The notes below the pieces were generated by a model that saw only the letters and a program-made list of their open reading frames with translations, was not told the origin of the DNA and searched no databases. The translations under genes were made by a program, and so were the position numbers. Of a stretch of DNA of 64,000 nt, positions 29,301-39,879 are shown piece by piece (positions within the stretch are counted from its first letter, which is position 1; each line of letters opens with the position of its first letter). Source of the stretch: Arenibacter sp. (GTDB lineage Bacteria; Bacteroidota; Bacteroidia; Flavobacteriales; Flavobacteriaceae); assembly GCA_040216555.1 (NCBI GenBank), contig JAVJOW010000010.1:32943-96942 (forward strand). Reading direction: 5' to 3'.

Positions 29301-30703
29301 TGGATTATAGTTTTGCTCCGTACTCCAGGGTAAAGTTATCGGACCAGACCTTTCATTTTCAGAAGATCAAACTTACCGATGTGGCCATGAATACCAAGGC
29401 AACCTTGGATGGCACCATAACCCATAGATTATTTAAGGATTGGAGCTTGGACTTGGATGTAGATACCAATAATGACCGTTTTTTAATACTGAATACACCG
29501 TTCAAGGAAGAGGTATTGTACTATGGAGCTGGGTATTTAAATGGTACGGGAAGAATTTTCGGACCAACCAATGCCCTTACCATTAATGTTGATGGGGAAA
29601 CGGCAAGGGGTACTTCCTTAAAAATTCCAATTAGTGATGTTGTTAGCGTTGGGGATTTTTCATTCATCAATTTTGTGGGAAAGAAAGTGGAGGATACGGA
29701 AAAGGGACAACGGGTTTTAAAGGAGGTAGAAGGGCTGGAGTTGGCCTTTAACCTAGATGTAACTCCTGATGCGGAAGTTGAAATTGTTGTAGATACCAAA
29801 ACAGGTAGTTCCTTAAGGGGGACAGGTGCGGGAATTTTGTTTATTGAAATCAATACCAACGGTAAATTTAATATGTATGGGGATTTCGTGGTAGTAACGG
29901 GGCAGTTTCGCTATAAGTTCGGCGGTATTGTGGATAAGACCTTTAAAGTAAAACCGGGAGGTAATATTACTTGGGAAAGGGAACCCTTGGCTGCGCAATT
30001 AAATATGGAGGCCGTATATGCCTTAAATGCTAATCCTGCTCCACTCTTGGATAATCCTGGCTATACAAGACGTATACCCACCGATGTAGTGGTAAGGCTC
30101 ACCGGGGAGTTGGAAAGTCCCGTTATAGATTGGAGGATAGAATTTCCAGGTACCAATTCCATAGTTAAATCCGAATTGGAATACAGATTGCAGGATCCCA
30201 CTATTGCAGAAAAAAATGCCCTTTTTCTATTGGCACAAGGCTCTTTCGTAAATGAACAAACCGGAATAAATCAACAGGCTGTTACAGGGAATCTGCTTCA
30301 ATCTGCCTCGGGAATACTCAATTCCCTATTGGCGGGCGACAACGACAAACTAAATTTTGGATTGTCTTATGAACAAGGTATTCTGGATAGAACCACGGAT
30401 ATACAGACAGAGAATAGATTAGGGGTAACCTTGTCTACCCAGATCAGTGAAAGGGTCCTACTTAACGGAAGGGTTGGGGTTCCGGTAGGCGGAGTATCGG
30501 AAACCGTGGTTGCCGGAGACGTGGAAGTTCAGATTTTATTGAACGAAGAAGGGACCCTTAGTGCCAAAATATTCAATCGGGAAAATGAAATCCAGCAATT
30601 TCTGGCAGATCGTCAGGGATATACCCAGGGTGTTGGACTTTCCTATCAAGTAGACTTCGACAGTTTCAAAGAACTATTACGTAAAATTTTAGGGAGAAAT
30701 TGA
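26375..30703 (+). CDS. tamB: Translocation and assembly module inner-membrane subunit TamB (start uncertain)
   Basis: About 1440 aa with N-terminal anchor, beta-rich body and C-terminal DUF490-like region (RVGVPVGG...AGDVEVQILL...GVGLSYQVDFD); divergent from tsaD. Confidence 0.88.
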   Translation: MVLVLICVLGSVILSLPFVQTRFAKYATTEINKEFGTNINIDRLRISLISWDTSLKGVYIEDYKQDTLFYIDNLSTSILNVRNLVNGKLEFGDIAIERLNFKLRTYQDDKSTNLEVFIDKLDDKKPRAPGTPPFYFSSSDVEISDSKFKLIDENRETTEMLNFVDLNISASDFTIVGPDVTSKIQKMSFNSKRGVVVNEMATEFKYTKQQMRFDSLSIKTPQSHLLGKVIFNYEREDFKDFLNKVKIDAEFIESTVALNEVNLLYNEFGSDIIVSFSTIVDGVLNDLNTNDLFLTTDNTGIRGDFNFKNLFTKDAGFELEANMKNVTSSYYELRALLPNILDVLPSSIQKLGQFTVRGDALITESSINTKANINTLIGSSYVDLELTDIDHIDEASYKGFVSLIDFDLGNLIESDKVGITTLDFNVEGKGMVMEYLNTEVIGQVYSINFNGYDYKNINVSGILKEQLFDGSLLCSDENIQFSFKGLADFAENRNNFNFIASVDYADLKKINFINDSVSIFKGDINMDITGNSLDNIVGDIKFTKTNYQNKNETYYFEDFKVSSTFENDSTRIIDINSPDIITGYLKGNFKVKELGRLLQNSLGSIYTNYRPFNISANQRLAFNFKIYNKIVDVFFPEVKFDPNTFIRGNIIADEGDFKLTFKSPSIVAYGNELDSIDVKIDNKNPLFNTYVSIGDLATPYYDVKDFNLINTTLKDTLFFRTEFKGGSEYNDSYNLNFYHTFNKENKSVIGLKTSDVSFKGNKWILNKDGNNKNKVIINKTLDSITIEEVVMNNNEQEQIRLRGQLADSTYKDIELQFKIVTLGKITPAIDSLKLHGEVNGTLNVLQKDNVYLPSSNLNIKNFGINNITLGDLAIGIVGNRDLTDFVVNTSLVDKGSEKLSVVGNISNREEIPQANLIVDFNNFNLEPFSPLGEGVITNIRGLLQGSAILKGPINNPNWSGVLSLNEAGIAIPYLNVDYSFAPYSRVKLSDQTFHFQKIKLTDVAMNTKATLDGTITHRLFKDWSLDLDVDTNNDRFLILNTPFKEEVLYYGAGYLNGTGRIFGPTNALTINVDGETARGTSLKIPISDVVSVGDFSFINFVGKKVEDTEKGQRVLKEVEGLELAFNLDVTPDAEVEIVVDTKTGSSLRGTGAGILFIEINTNGKFNMYGDFVVVTGQFRYKFGGIVDKTFKVKPGGNITWEREPLAAQLNMEAVYALNANPAPLLDNPGYTRRIPTDVVVRLTGELESPVIDWRIEFPGTNSIVKSELEYRLQDPTIAEKNALFLLAQGSFVNEQTGINQQAVTGNLLQSASGILNSLLAGDNDKLNFGLSYEQGILDRTTDIQTENRLGVTLSTQISERVLLNGRVGVPVGGVSETVVAGDVEVQILLNEEGTLSAKIFNRENEIQQFLADRQGYTQGVGLSYQVDFDSFKELLRKILGRN

Positions 30704-30898
30704 GGACATTTTTGAGCCTTTTTAGTTGTTTTTGGCAATTTTTAATTAATCACTTTTCATGAAGAATTGATTATGAATTTAACAATTTCCAAGAAATTAT
30801 TCAACGAAAACGTTGGAGTGCTCCATTGTTGTCAAATTAAAGCCAAAGTCGGGTAATTATTGAAATAAGTTTGCTAGTTTTGTTTTTTTAAAATTTTT

Positions 30899-31885
30899 AT
30901 GGCTTCAGCAATAAAAAAGATTGGTGTTTTTACATCAGGAGGAGACTCGCCGGGAATGAACGCTGCTATAAGGGCAGTAGTACGTACATGTGCCTATTTG
31001 AAGGTTGAATGCGTTGGTATCTATAGAGGATATGAAGGCATGATGGAAGGTGATTTTAAGGTTATGGATGCCCGTAGCGTGAACAACATAATAAATAAGG
31101 GGGGTACCATACTTAAATCTGCCCGTTGTTTGCCTTTTAGAACCAAGGAAGGCCGTCAAGTGGCTTACGATCAATTAAAAAAAGCAGGTATAGATGCATT
31201 TGTGGTTATCGGGGGAGATGGCAGCTTTACAGGTGCTTTGACCTTTAATAAGGAATTTGATTTTCCAGTAATCGGAATCCCTGGTACTATAGATAACGAT
31301 ATATTTGGTACTACCTATACCCTAGGATTTGACACGGCATTGAATACCGCGGTTGAATGTATCGATAAAATTAGGGATACGGCCAGTTCGCACAATAGAC
31401 TGTTCTTTGTTGAGGTAATGGGACGGGATGTTGGCCATATCGCCTTAAACGCAGGAGTTGGTGCGGGAGCGGAAGAGATTTTGATTCCTGAGGAAAACCT
31501 TGGACTTGAAAGATTGTTGGAATCTTTGAAACGCAGTAAGCAATCCGGAAAGTCATCCAGTATTGTAGTGGTAGCGGAAGGCGATAAAACTGGTAAAAAC
31601 GTTTTCGAGCTAAAGGAATACGTAGAAGAACATCTTCCCATTTATGATGTACGTGTATCCGTTTTGGGACATATGCAAAGAGGTGGGGCACCATCTTGTT
31701 TTGACCGTGTTTTGGCAAGTAGAATGGGTGTTAAGGCAGTAGAAGCATTATTGGAAGGGAAAACTAACTTAATGGTGGGGATACAGGATAATACAATTAC
31801 CCTGACACCAATCAGTAAGGCAATAAAAGGACATACAAAAATTGATAAGGAACTTATGAGAGTTTCCGATATCATGACAACATAA
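30899..31885 (+). CDS. pfkA: ATP-dependent 6-phosphofructokinase
   Basis: TSGGDSPGMNAA, IGGDGS, PGTIDND, EVMGR and LGHMQRGG. Confidence 0.98.
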   Translation: MASAIKKIGVFTSGGDSPGMNAAIRAVVRTCAYLKVECVGIYRGYEGMMEGDFKVMDARSVNNIINKGGTILKSARCLPFRTKEGRQVAYDQLKKAGIDAFVVIGGDGSFTGALTFNKEFDFPVIGIPGTIDNDIFGTTYTLGFDTALNTAVECIDKIRDTASSHNRLFFVEVMGRDVGHIALNAGVGAGAEEILIPEENLGLERLLESLKRSKQSGKSSSIVVVAEGDKTGKNVFELKEYVEEHLPIYDVRVSVLGHMQRGGAPSCFDRVLASRMGVKAVEALLEGKTNLMVGIQDNTITLTPISKAIKGHTKIDKELMRVSDIMTT

Positions 31886-31891
31886 TTTTAA

Positions 31892-32911
<1,020 letters not shown>

Positions 32912-32930
32912 TCTTATTGGGTAATAATTA

Positions 32931-32978
32931 AAAGAATCCTGAGATTAAGCAATTTTTTGCTTATTTTCAGGATTCTTT
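32931..32978. terminator. Long stem-loop between gap and the downstream kinase gene
   Basis: aaagaatcctga/tcaggattcttt (12 bp) plus taagcaa/ttgctta (7 bp), 3x3 internal loop and tttt loop. Confidence 0.65.
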
Positions 32979-32995
32979 ATTAATAATCTTGTTAT

Positions 32996-33847
32996 ATGAT
33001 ATTGATTGTAGATAGTGGTGCAACAAAATCGGATTGGATTGCCATGGATGAGAAGGGCAACCAGTTGTTCATGACCCAAACCTTGGGATTAAGTCCAGAG
33101 GTATTGACGCGTCCTGTTATCGAAGACCGTTTGGCCAATAATTTTGAACTTTCCAAGAATAGGGAGGATGTTACCCACTTGTATTTTTATGGTGCCGGTT
33201 GTGGTACCGATAGGATGAAGAAATTCTTAACGGAGATTTTTAATGATTTTTTTCCCAATGCCGAGGCAGAAGTGAAGGAAGATACCTATGCGGCCATATT
33301 TGCTACCACAAAAATAGGGCAACATGGAATTGTTTGTATTTTAGGTACGGGTTCCAATTGCAGCTATTATGACGGTGAGAAATTGCATCAAAAGGTTACT
33401 TCATTGGGATATATTCCTATGGATGATGGTAGCGGTAACTTTTTTGGAAGGAAATTGATAAGGGATTATTACTTTAATAAGATCCCAATGGATTTGGCAA
33501 CCAAGTTTGCGAAGGAATACAATTTGGATGCAGATGTAATCAAGGAGAATCTTTACAAACAGCCCAATCCAAATACGTATTTGGCCACTTTCGCCAGATT
33601 TATTGTAGAAAACAAAAACCACCCTTATTGCAGAGGGGTAATAGATAAGGGCTTCCAGCAGTTTGTGAACAACTACATTATGCAGTTTGAATTGGCCACA
33701 AAGGTGCCAGTAAGTTTTGTAGGCAGTATAGCCTATTACCTGCGGGAAGAACTTGCCACTGTCGTAGAAAGAAACGATCTGATCCTAGGTGTTATAAGAC
33801 AAAGACCCATTGAAGGTCTGGTTGAATTTCACAAAAGCTCTATTTAA
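32996..33847 (+). CDS. N-acetylglucosamine kinase-like protein (BadF/BadG/BcrA/BcrD ASKHA family)
   Basis: IVDSGATKSDW, FYGAGC, ILGTGSN, DDGSG and FVGSIA. Confidence 0.8.
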   Translation: MILIVDSGATKSDWIAMDEKGNQLFMTQTLGLSPEVLTRPVIEDRLANNFELSKNREDVTHLYFYGAGCGTDRMKKFLTEIFNDFFPNAEAEVKEDTYAAIFATTKIGQHGIVCILGTGSNCSYYDGEKLHQKVTSLGYIPMDDGSGNFFGRKLIRDYYFNKIPMDLATKFAKEYNLDADVIKENLYKQPNPNTYLATFARFIVENKNHPYCRGVIDKGFQQFVNNYIMQFELATKVPVSFVGSIAYYLREELATVVERNDLILGVIRQRPIEGLVEFHKSSI

Positions 33848-34220
33848 TAGCGATCATAGATATTTCAACATTTACAAATTTGGGAAGATTGGCAACTTCT
33901 ACAGTTTCCCTGGCTGGAGCAGTATCCGCATCAAAATAGGCGCCATAGACTTCATTTATTTTTGAAAACTGGTGCATATCCTTTACGAAAATCGATGATT
34001 TAACAACGTTTTCAAAAGTCATTCCTGCCTCGGTAAGAATGGCTTTTAAGTTTTGCATGGACTGTTCGGTTTCCTTTTTAATATCCCCTGACACCAAATC
34101 CCCAGTTTTTGGGTCTATAGGAATTTGCCCTGAGATATACAGAGTGTTTCCTGCTAATACTGCCTGGTTGTAAGGCCCTATTGGGGCAGGCGCGTTTGTG
34201 GTGGTAATAATTTTTTTCAT
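33840..34220 (-). CDS. ridA: RidA/YjgF family enamine deaminase
   Basis: Start Met 34220 (track start 34313); APAPIGPYNQA, ISGQIP and PARETVEVANLPK. Confidence 0.9.
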   Translation of the reverse strand: MKKIITTTNAPAPIGPYNQAVLAGNTLYISGQIPIDPKTGDLVSGDIKKETEQSMQNLKAILTEAGMTFENVVKSSIFVKDMHQFSKINEVYGAYFDADTAPARETVEVANLPKFVNVEISMIAIK

Positions 34221-34248
34221 TTGTTTATTATAGGTTTTCGTGTAAGAG

Positions 34249-35043
34249 TTATCTGCCTCCATTGGATTGTAGATCAAGAAGGCATTCAGGACCGAAACTA
34301 GGGATTGCCCCATTTTTTGCCGTTAACATTTTGGCCATCCCCCATCCAAATTGGAGCTCTGCCCGCATTAGGCAATTCTGTTCGGTACAATGGCTTTTGG
34401 CATCGGGGTCCTCATGATCGTTTACCGATTTAACAACGTTCTCTCCAGTGCCAAGATTCACTAACCCAAATAGATGTCCCGCCTCGTGGTTTAAAGTAGC
34501 AGTTTCCACGGTGGAAGTACTGATCAATGAACTCTTGGAGGCCAAATTTCTTATGGTAGCTTCATAAATGACCATAGAGGTATTGCGGTAAACAGCTCCA
34601 AGGGTTACCAGATCCTCATCGGGATTGTCATCACTGGCAGTGGCATCGGTAAAATAAATATACAGTCCCAAGGTCTCACCATTATTGTATACAGTTCTAT
34701 TTTCTTTTTCCAAATCGGCTATCTCGCCTATTGTAAGGCTATCTTTTTTAGGGGAGGCCAATTCCTTATATATGATGCTGATATCGTCCTTATAAATTCT
34801 CTGATTTAAGAGGGCCGTAAAATTTGATACAGCCGATTCTGTAGGAGCATAACCGCTTACATAAGCTATTTCGATAAGCATATTCTTAAACTTGGCGTCC
34901 GAAAGAATATCGTTATCAGAATCTCCAGGCCCTTTTAGGTTGGCCGTTTTATCAACCTTAAGGGTGGAACTTTCATTGCTGTCCTTAGAACAAGCAAGGA
35001 ATAGGGTAAAGGTCAATAAAAACATTAAGGATAATTTTTTCAT
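34249..35043 (-). CDS. Hypothetical lipoprotein, putative zinc metalloprotease
   Basis: Lipobox LFLAC; NHEAGHLFGL (HExxH) followed by SHCTEQNCLM. Confidence 0.65.
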   Translation of the reverse strand: MKKLSLMFLLTFTLFLACSKDSNESSTLKVDKTANLKGPGDSDNDILSDAKFKNMLIEIAYVSGYAPTESAVSNFTALLNQRIYKDDISIIYKELASPKKDSLTIGEIADLEKENRTVYNNGETLGLYIYFTDATASDDNPDEDLVTLGAVYRNTSMVIYEATIRNLASKSSLISTSTVETATLNHEAGHLFGLVNLGTGENVVKSVNDHEDPDAKSHCTEQNCLMRAELQFGWGMAKMLTAKNGAIPSFGPECLLDLQSNGGR

Positions 35044-35103
35044 TATTGTCAGTTTTTATTAAAGGACTGTCGCTATTAGGATAACGACAAATATCGCACC
35101 GTA

Positions 35104-35817
35104 TTACCCCATAACGGTAAGTTTGGCTAAATAGTCGTAATGTTTTCCTTTGCTTACAAGCTCACAAGTTAAGTTATTTGCATTTGCTGCACGTTGCAAA
35201 GTGTTATAATCCAAATATAACCAATCCAAGGCTTCGCTTTTCTCACCATGATATTCCATTTCAAAGGTGACTTCCCCGTAGTAATTTTGATCATTGGGAA
35301 TCCAATATCCCCCATCCTCATCTTCATCGAACATATAAATGATATCGCTGGAATCCAAAAGTATCTGACCCTTAGGTTTTAAGAGCGACTTTAAATGTGA
35401 AAAGAACTGGTCTAAGTTTTTTAATTTCCCCACTATCCCAATGCCGTTCATCAACATTAAGAGGGTATCGTATTTTTGAAGATTAAAATCCTGAATATCT
35501 TGTAATACGGTATGCTCAATGCCCCTTAGTTTGCAGGTTTCAACGGCTCCGGGAGATTGGTCCAGAGCTGTAACGGCAAGGCCCTTTTTTTGTAAATACA
35601 GGCTGTGGCTGCCTGCTCCACAGCCTATATCCAAGATATTACCGTAGCAAAGCTTTAAAGCTTTTTGTTCTAAGGGGGGCATTTTCTTAAAGTCCCGAAA
35701 TAGGTATGGAATGGGTATTATATCCTCCTCATCCAATGACGAATAGGTCTTGATATCTTCAGAATAATTACCGGATTGGTAATCTAAAAGCGCCTTGCCC
35801 AGAATGTCCTTAGCCAT
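35104..35817 (-). CDS. Class I SAM-dependent methyltransferase
   Basis: ILDIGCGAGSH and LLMLMNGIG. Confidence 0.85.
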   Translation of the reverse strand: MAKDILGKALLDYQSGNYSEDIKTYSSLDEEDIIPIPYLFRDFKKMPPLEQKALKLCYGNILDIGCGAGSHSLYLQKKGLAVTALDQSPGAVETCKLRGIEHTVLQDIQDFNLQKYDTLLMLMNGIGIVGKLKNLDQFFSHLKSLLKPKGQILLDSSDIIYMFDEDEDGGYWIPNDQNYYGEVTFEMEYHGEKSEALDWLYLDYNTLQRAANANNLTCELVSKGKHYDYLAKLTVMG

Positions 35818-35879
35818 TAAATTTGTTATTTACATGCAAATGTGGGACTTTTAACCAACTTTTAAAAGTTTATTCCATA

Positions 35880-36377
35880 ATGGATGAGGTAATTAAGCAA
35901 CTTCCTAAGCTGGCTCAGGAAAAACATAATGAGAATAAGAAATTCTTTGGTAAACTACGGAAAAAACCCCCAAAGGATTTGGACTATATCATGCAGGACC
36001 TGCACGAGGCGGAGTTTAGGAGAACCGATTGTTTAAACTGTGCCAATTGTTGCAAGACCACGGGTCCCCTTTTTACAAATGCGGATATAGAGCGTATTGC
36101 CAAACATTTCCGTATGAAACCCCAAAAATTTATTGATCAATTTTTGAGGTTGGACGATGAGAATGATTATGTGCTACAAAGTGTTCCCTGTACCTTTTTA
36201 GGGGCAGATAATTACTGTTCCATTTATGAGGTAAGGCCTAAGGCTTGCCGTGAATTTCCACATACCAATAGGAAAAAATTTCAGCAAATAAGTAATCTTA
36301 CCTTAAAGAATGTGGCAATTTGTCCGGCGGCTTATAATATAGTGGAAGAAATGAAAAAAATAATTAAGCTAAAGTAG
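35880..36377 (+). CDS. YkgJ-family Cys-cluster (Fe-S/Zn) protein
   Basis: Start Met 35880 (track start 35823); CLNCANCC, PCTFL..DNYCSIYEVRPKACREFP and C-terminal ICP. Confidence 0.85.
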   Translation: MDEVIKQLPKLAQEKHNENKKFFGKLRKKPPKDLDYIMQDLHEAEFRRTDCLNCANCCKTTGPLFTNADIERIAKHFRMKPQKFIDQFLRLDDENDYVLQSVPCTFLGADNYCSIYEVRPKACREFPHTNRKKFQQISNLTLKNVAICPAAYNIVEEMKKIIKLK

Positions 36378-36474
36378 CCTAATTCCTAAATATACCCCGA
36401 TTGTTAACTGGTAGCTCCGAATTACTTTTTTGAAGGGTAATTATTTAAATACAACTATTTTGTAAATTTAGACT

Positions 36475-37326
36475 ATGGAAGCCATTTACAATTATTTTGA
36501 AACTATCCCTCCTGCACACCGAAGTATCATTTTGGTTTCAGGAATTGCCTTTTTTTGGATATTGGAGTATGTTATTCCCTTGTTTCAGTTAAAATATAGC
36601 AAGTTAAGACATGCGGGTATCAATATTTTTTTCACCCTAACCACCATCCTGGTAAATTTTCCATTGGCCTTTTTGTTGTTAAAGACCAGTGATTGGACCA
36701 TAGCCAATAATTTTGGGATCCTGCAGTGGTTGCCGGTCATGCCCTTATGGCTAAAGGTATTGTTGGGGGTAATGATGCTGGACTTTCTTAGTGCATGGTT
36801 GGCCCATTGGGTAGAACACAAAGTAAAGGTGCTTTGGGGCTTTCATCTAGTTCATCATACAGATCATGAGGTAGATACTACAACTGCTAACCGGCACCAT
36901 CCAGGAGAAAGTGTAGTGCGATTTATTTTTACTTGTTTAGGAACTTTTGTGGTAGGGGCACCTGTGGCTATCATTATGATATATCAGGCTCTTTCGGTTA
37001 TATTGTCGCAATTTAACCATGCCAATATTTCACTACCCAAAAAGGTGGATGATGTGTTGAGTTGGGTTATTGTTTCTCCCGATATGCACAAAGTACACCA
37101 TCACTATAAATTACCCTATACGGACAGTAATTATGGCAATATATTTTCAATTTGGGATAGACTTCTCGGAACCTTTATGAAATTGCCCAAAAGTGAAATT
37201 ATCTATGGCGTGGATACCTATCCCAGTGCAAAGGAAAATTCTGACATAGGGGCTTTATTGAAAATTCCGTTTAAACCGTATAAATCCCCGAAAAAAATGG
37301 ATGTAAAATCTACAGGTCAATTGTAA
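36475..37326 (+). CDS. Sterol desaturase / fatty acid hydroxylase family membrane di-iron protein
   Basis: His boxes HWVEH, HLVHH, RHHP, FNHAN and HKVHH. Confidence 0.85.
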   Translation: MEAIYNYFETIPPAHRSIILVSGIAFFWILEYVIPLFQLKYSKLRHAGINIFFTLTTILVNFPLAFLLLKTSDWTIANNFGILQWLPVMPLWLKVLLGVMMLDFLSAWLAHWVEHKVKVLWGFHLVHHTDHEVDTTTANRHHPGESVVRFIFTCLGTFVVGAPVAIIMIYQALSVILSQFNHANISLPKKVDDVLSWVIVSPDMHKVHHHYKLPYTDSNYGNIFSIWDRLLGTFMKLPKSEIIYGVDTYPSAKENSDIGALLKIPFKPYKSPKKMDVKSTGQL

Positions 37327-38564
37327 ATTAGATACTTGGCCCTTATTTTCTGGAATTGATCAATATCTTCCTGCCAGGTTTTCTTTATTTCTTCTTGGGA
37401 AAGTCCGGCTTCAATCTGCTTTTGTAATTCTTTAGTGCCGGCATGCCTAGTAAAGCCACTTGTGTTAAAAAAGAGGCTCTTGTCCGTGGTGTTTTTGTAA
37501 GCGTCCAATATATAATCCAAATTCACCGTATTTGTTTTAGGGGTCTGGGAGAGATCCTTTCCAAAACAAATTTTGCCATTCTCTTTTGGGTCCTTAGAGC
37601 CAAAATTGGGCAAAGGGGTATATTTGAAATTGTATTTGGTACTGTCCAAATAGGAGGCGCCGTAACGTTGAAACTGAAACTCTGTTCCACGACCTGCATT
37701 TACATTGGTCCCTTCAAACAAACCCAAACTGGGGTAGAGGTAGATAGAAGTGTTATTGGGAAGGTTGGGGGAAGGTCTAATGGGCAATATGTAATCTTTC
37801 TGGTGATTGTAATTTTCCATCGGGATTATGGTCAGGTCGGCTACAACTTTATTTTCCAGCCAGCCTTCTTTGTTGATCATATTCGCATATTCCCCAATGG
37901 TCATCCCGTAAACCAAGGGAATGTTGGTCATTCCCAAAAAACCCCTGTGTTCGGTTTCCATGGTAGGACCATCTACGTAATGTCCGTTCGGATTGGGTCT
38001 ATCCAATACAATTACTGGAATATTGTTTTCTGCACAAGCCTCCATGACCAATTGCATGGTAGCAATATAGGTATAGAAACGTACCCCTACATCCTGAATA
38101 TCGAACAGTATAACATCAATATGCTGCAATTGTTCTTTGGATGGCTTACGGTTTTTCCCGTATAGGGAAATTATGGGAAGTCCAGTTTTTTCGTCCTTTC
38201 CATCGCTTACCTTTTCCCCGGCATCGGCTTCTCCCCGAAACCCGTGTTCTGGAGCAAATACTTGTTTAATATTGATGTCCTTGGCCAAAAGGGAATCCAC
38301 AATATGGGTATAGGACAAGGGGTGGGTATTCTTAAAGATGACACTGGTCTGATTGGCTACAATTCCAACTCTTTTTCCTTTGAGCAAAGGCAGGTAAGCT
38401 TGCGTTCTGTTGGCTGCTATGATTATGGGGAGATCGGTTGCAAGGGTATCCCGTGCTACTACGGAATTTAGTTCTTTATTATGCGTTTTGGTGTGGTTTC
38501 CACAAGCAGAAAGTGTAAAAAACAATAATAAAACTGTATTTTTGAAAATGGAAAAAACTGCCAT
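37317..38564 (-). CDS. namZ: Exo-beta-N-acetylmuramidase NamZ (DUF1343), lipoprotein
   Basis: VGIVANQT, FAPEHGFRG, SLYG, FDIQDVG.RFYTY, LDRPNP and RGT. Confidence 0.85.
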   Translation of the reverse strand: MAVFSIFKNTVLLLFFTLSACGNHTKTHNKELNSVVARDTLATDLPIIIAANRTQAYLPLLKGKRVGIVANQTSVIFKNTHPLSYTHIVDSLLAKDINIKQVFAPEHGFRGEADAGEKVSDGKDEKTGLPIISLYGKNRKPSKEQLQHIDVILFDIQDVGVRFYTYIATMQLVMEACAENNIPVIVLDRPNPNGHYVDGPTMETEHRGFLGMTNIPLVYGMTIGEYANMINKEGWLENKVVADLTIIPMENYNHQKDYILPIRPSPNLPNNTSIYLYPSLGLFEGTNVNAGRGTEFQFQRYGASYLDSTKYNFKYTPLPNFGSKDPKENGKICFGKDLSQTPKTNTVNLDYILDAYKNTTDKSLFFNTSGFTRHAGTKELQKQIEAGLSQEEIKKTWQEDIDQFQKIRAKYLIYN

Positions 38565-38567
38565 AAA

Positions 38568-39809
38568 TTGAATTTAGAATTTTTTATTGCCAAACGCCTT
38601 GTTACAGGTAAAGAGCATAAAATTAGTATATCTGCACCAATAATAAAAATAGCTATTGCGGCAATTGCATTGGGTGTGATAATGATGTTGGTGGCAATTT
38701 CTACCGGGGTTGGTCTAAAACATAAAATACGGGAAAAGATCGCAGCCTTTAACGGCCACATCCAAATATATAACTACGACAACAACACCTCCGATGTTTC
38801 CATGGTTCCTGTTTCCCTTGATCAGGAATTTTATCCGGAATTTAAATCTGTCAGCGGCATACACCATATTCAGGGAGTAGCCACCAAGGCCGGGATAATA
38901 AGAACCGAAGAGACTTTTGAAGGTATTCTGGCAAAAGGTGTTGGGGCAGATTATAATTGGGATGTATTTAAAGAGTTTTTAGTGGATGGCGCCCTGCCCA
39001 ATTTTGAAGGGGAAATCAATAGTGAAACATTGATATCCCAGGTGTTGTCCAATCGTTTAAATTTAAAAACCGGTGACTCTTTCGTTGCCATATTCTTTAA
39101 GGAAGATGATGCATCCAAGATGCCCAATCAAAGAAAATTTACAATAACGGGTATTTACGACAGTGGTTTTGAAGAGTTGGATGGTTCCTATATTTTTATT
39201 GATCTGCGCCACATTCAACATATGAATAAATGGGCCGATAACGAGGTAGGAAACTTTGAAATTTTTGTTGATGATTTTGATGAAATGGACAATAAGGCTA
39301 AAGAAATTTATGGAAAAACCTTATCCAATTTGGATACACAGACCATAAAGGACAAGTATTATAGGATTTTTGAATGGCTGGGGCTATTCGATTTTAATAT
39401 AGCATTGATCATTGGTATAATGATTATCGTAGGAGGCATCAATATGATAACCGCCCTGCTCGTTTTAATATTGGAGAGGACGCAAATGATTGGAATCTTA
39501 AAGGCCTTGGGGTCGTCCAATTGGAGTATACGCAAGATATTTTTATATAATGCCACTTATTTGATAGGTGTTGGACTACTGTTGGGCAATATCATGGGAT
39601 TGGGCATTATAGGATTGCAGTACAAATTTAGGATGTTCAAATTTCCCAACCCCAAGGAGTATTATATAGATTATATTCCTGTACACCTTGATGTGATGAC
39701 GGTAGTATTGCTCAATATGGGGGTTTTAATTTTATGTCTGTTGATGTTACTTTTGCCTTCCTATATAATAACTAAAATTTCTCCGGTAAAGGCCATACAG
39801 TTCGAATAG
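38568..39809 (+). CDS. ABC transporter permease, LolC/E (FtsX-like) family (TTG start)
   Basis: NLEFFIAKRL; four TM segments; ILERTQMIGILKALG and EYYIDYIPV. Confidence 0.88.
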   Translation: MNLEFFIAKRLVTGKEHKISISAPIIKIAIAAIALGVIMMLVAISTGVGLKHKIREKIAAFNGHIQIYNYDNNTSDVSMVPVSLDQEFYPEFKSVSGIHHIQGVATKAGIIRTEETFEGILAKGVGADYNWDVFKEFLVDGALPNFEGEINSETLISQVLSNRLNLKTGDSFVAIFFKEDDASKMPNQRKFTITGIYDSGFEELDGSYIFIDLRHIQHMNKWADNEVGNFEIFVDDFDEMDNKAKEIYGKTLSNLDTQTIKDKYYRIFEWLGLFDFNIALIIGIMIIVGGINMITALLVLILERTQMIGILKALGSSNWSIRKIFLYNATYLIGVGLLLGNIMGLGIIGLQYKFRMFKFPNPKEYYIDYIPVHLDVMTVVLLNMGVLILCLLMLLLPSYIITKISPVKAIQFE

Positions 39810-39879
39810 CATGTTGTAATTTTTTTAAGTCTTGAATCAATAACAAAGTAATAACTTTCCTCTTTAAAAGTAAAAGTAG

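Noticed and set aside
33840-34313. Track's long RidA start overlapping the upstream lipoprotein gene
   Set aside because: Family homology begins at MKKIITT (34220); the extension overlaps another CDS.
36475-37326. Sterol desaturase as evidence for sterol synthesis
   Set aside because: The family is widespread, and there is no squalene epoxidase or cyclase in the window.
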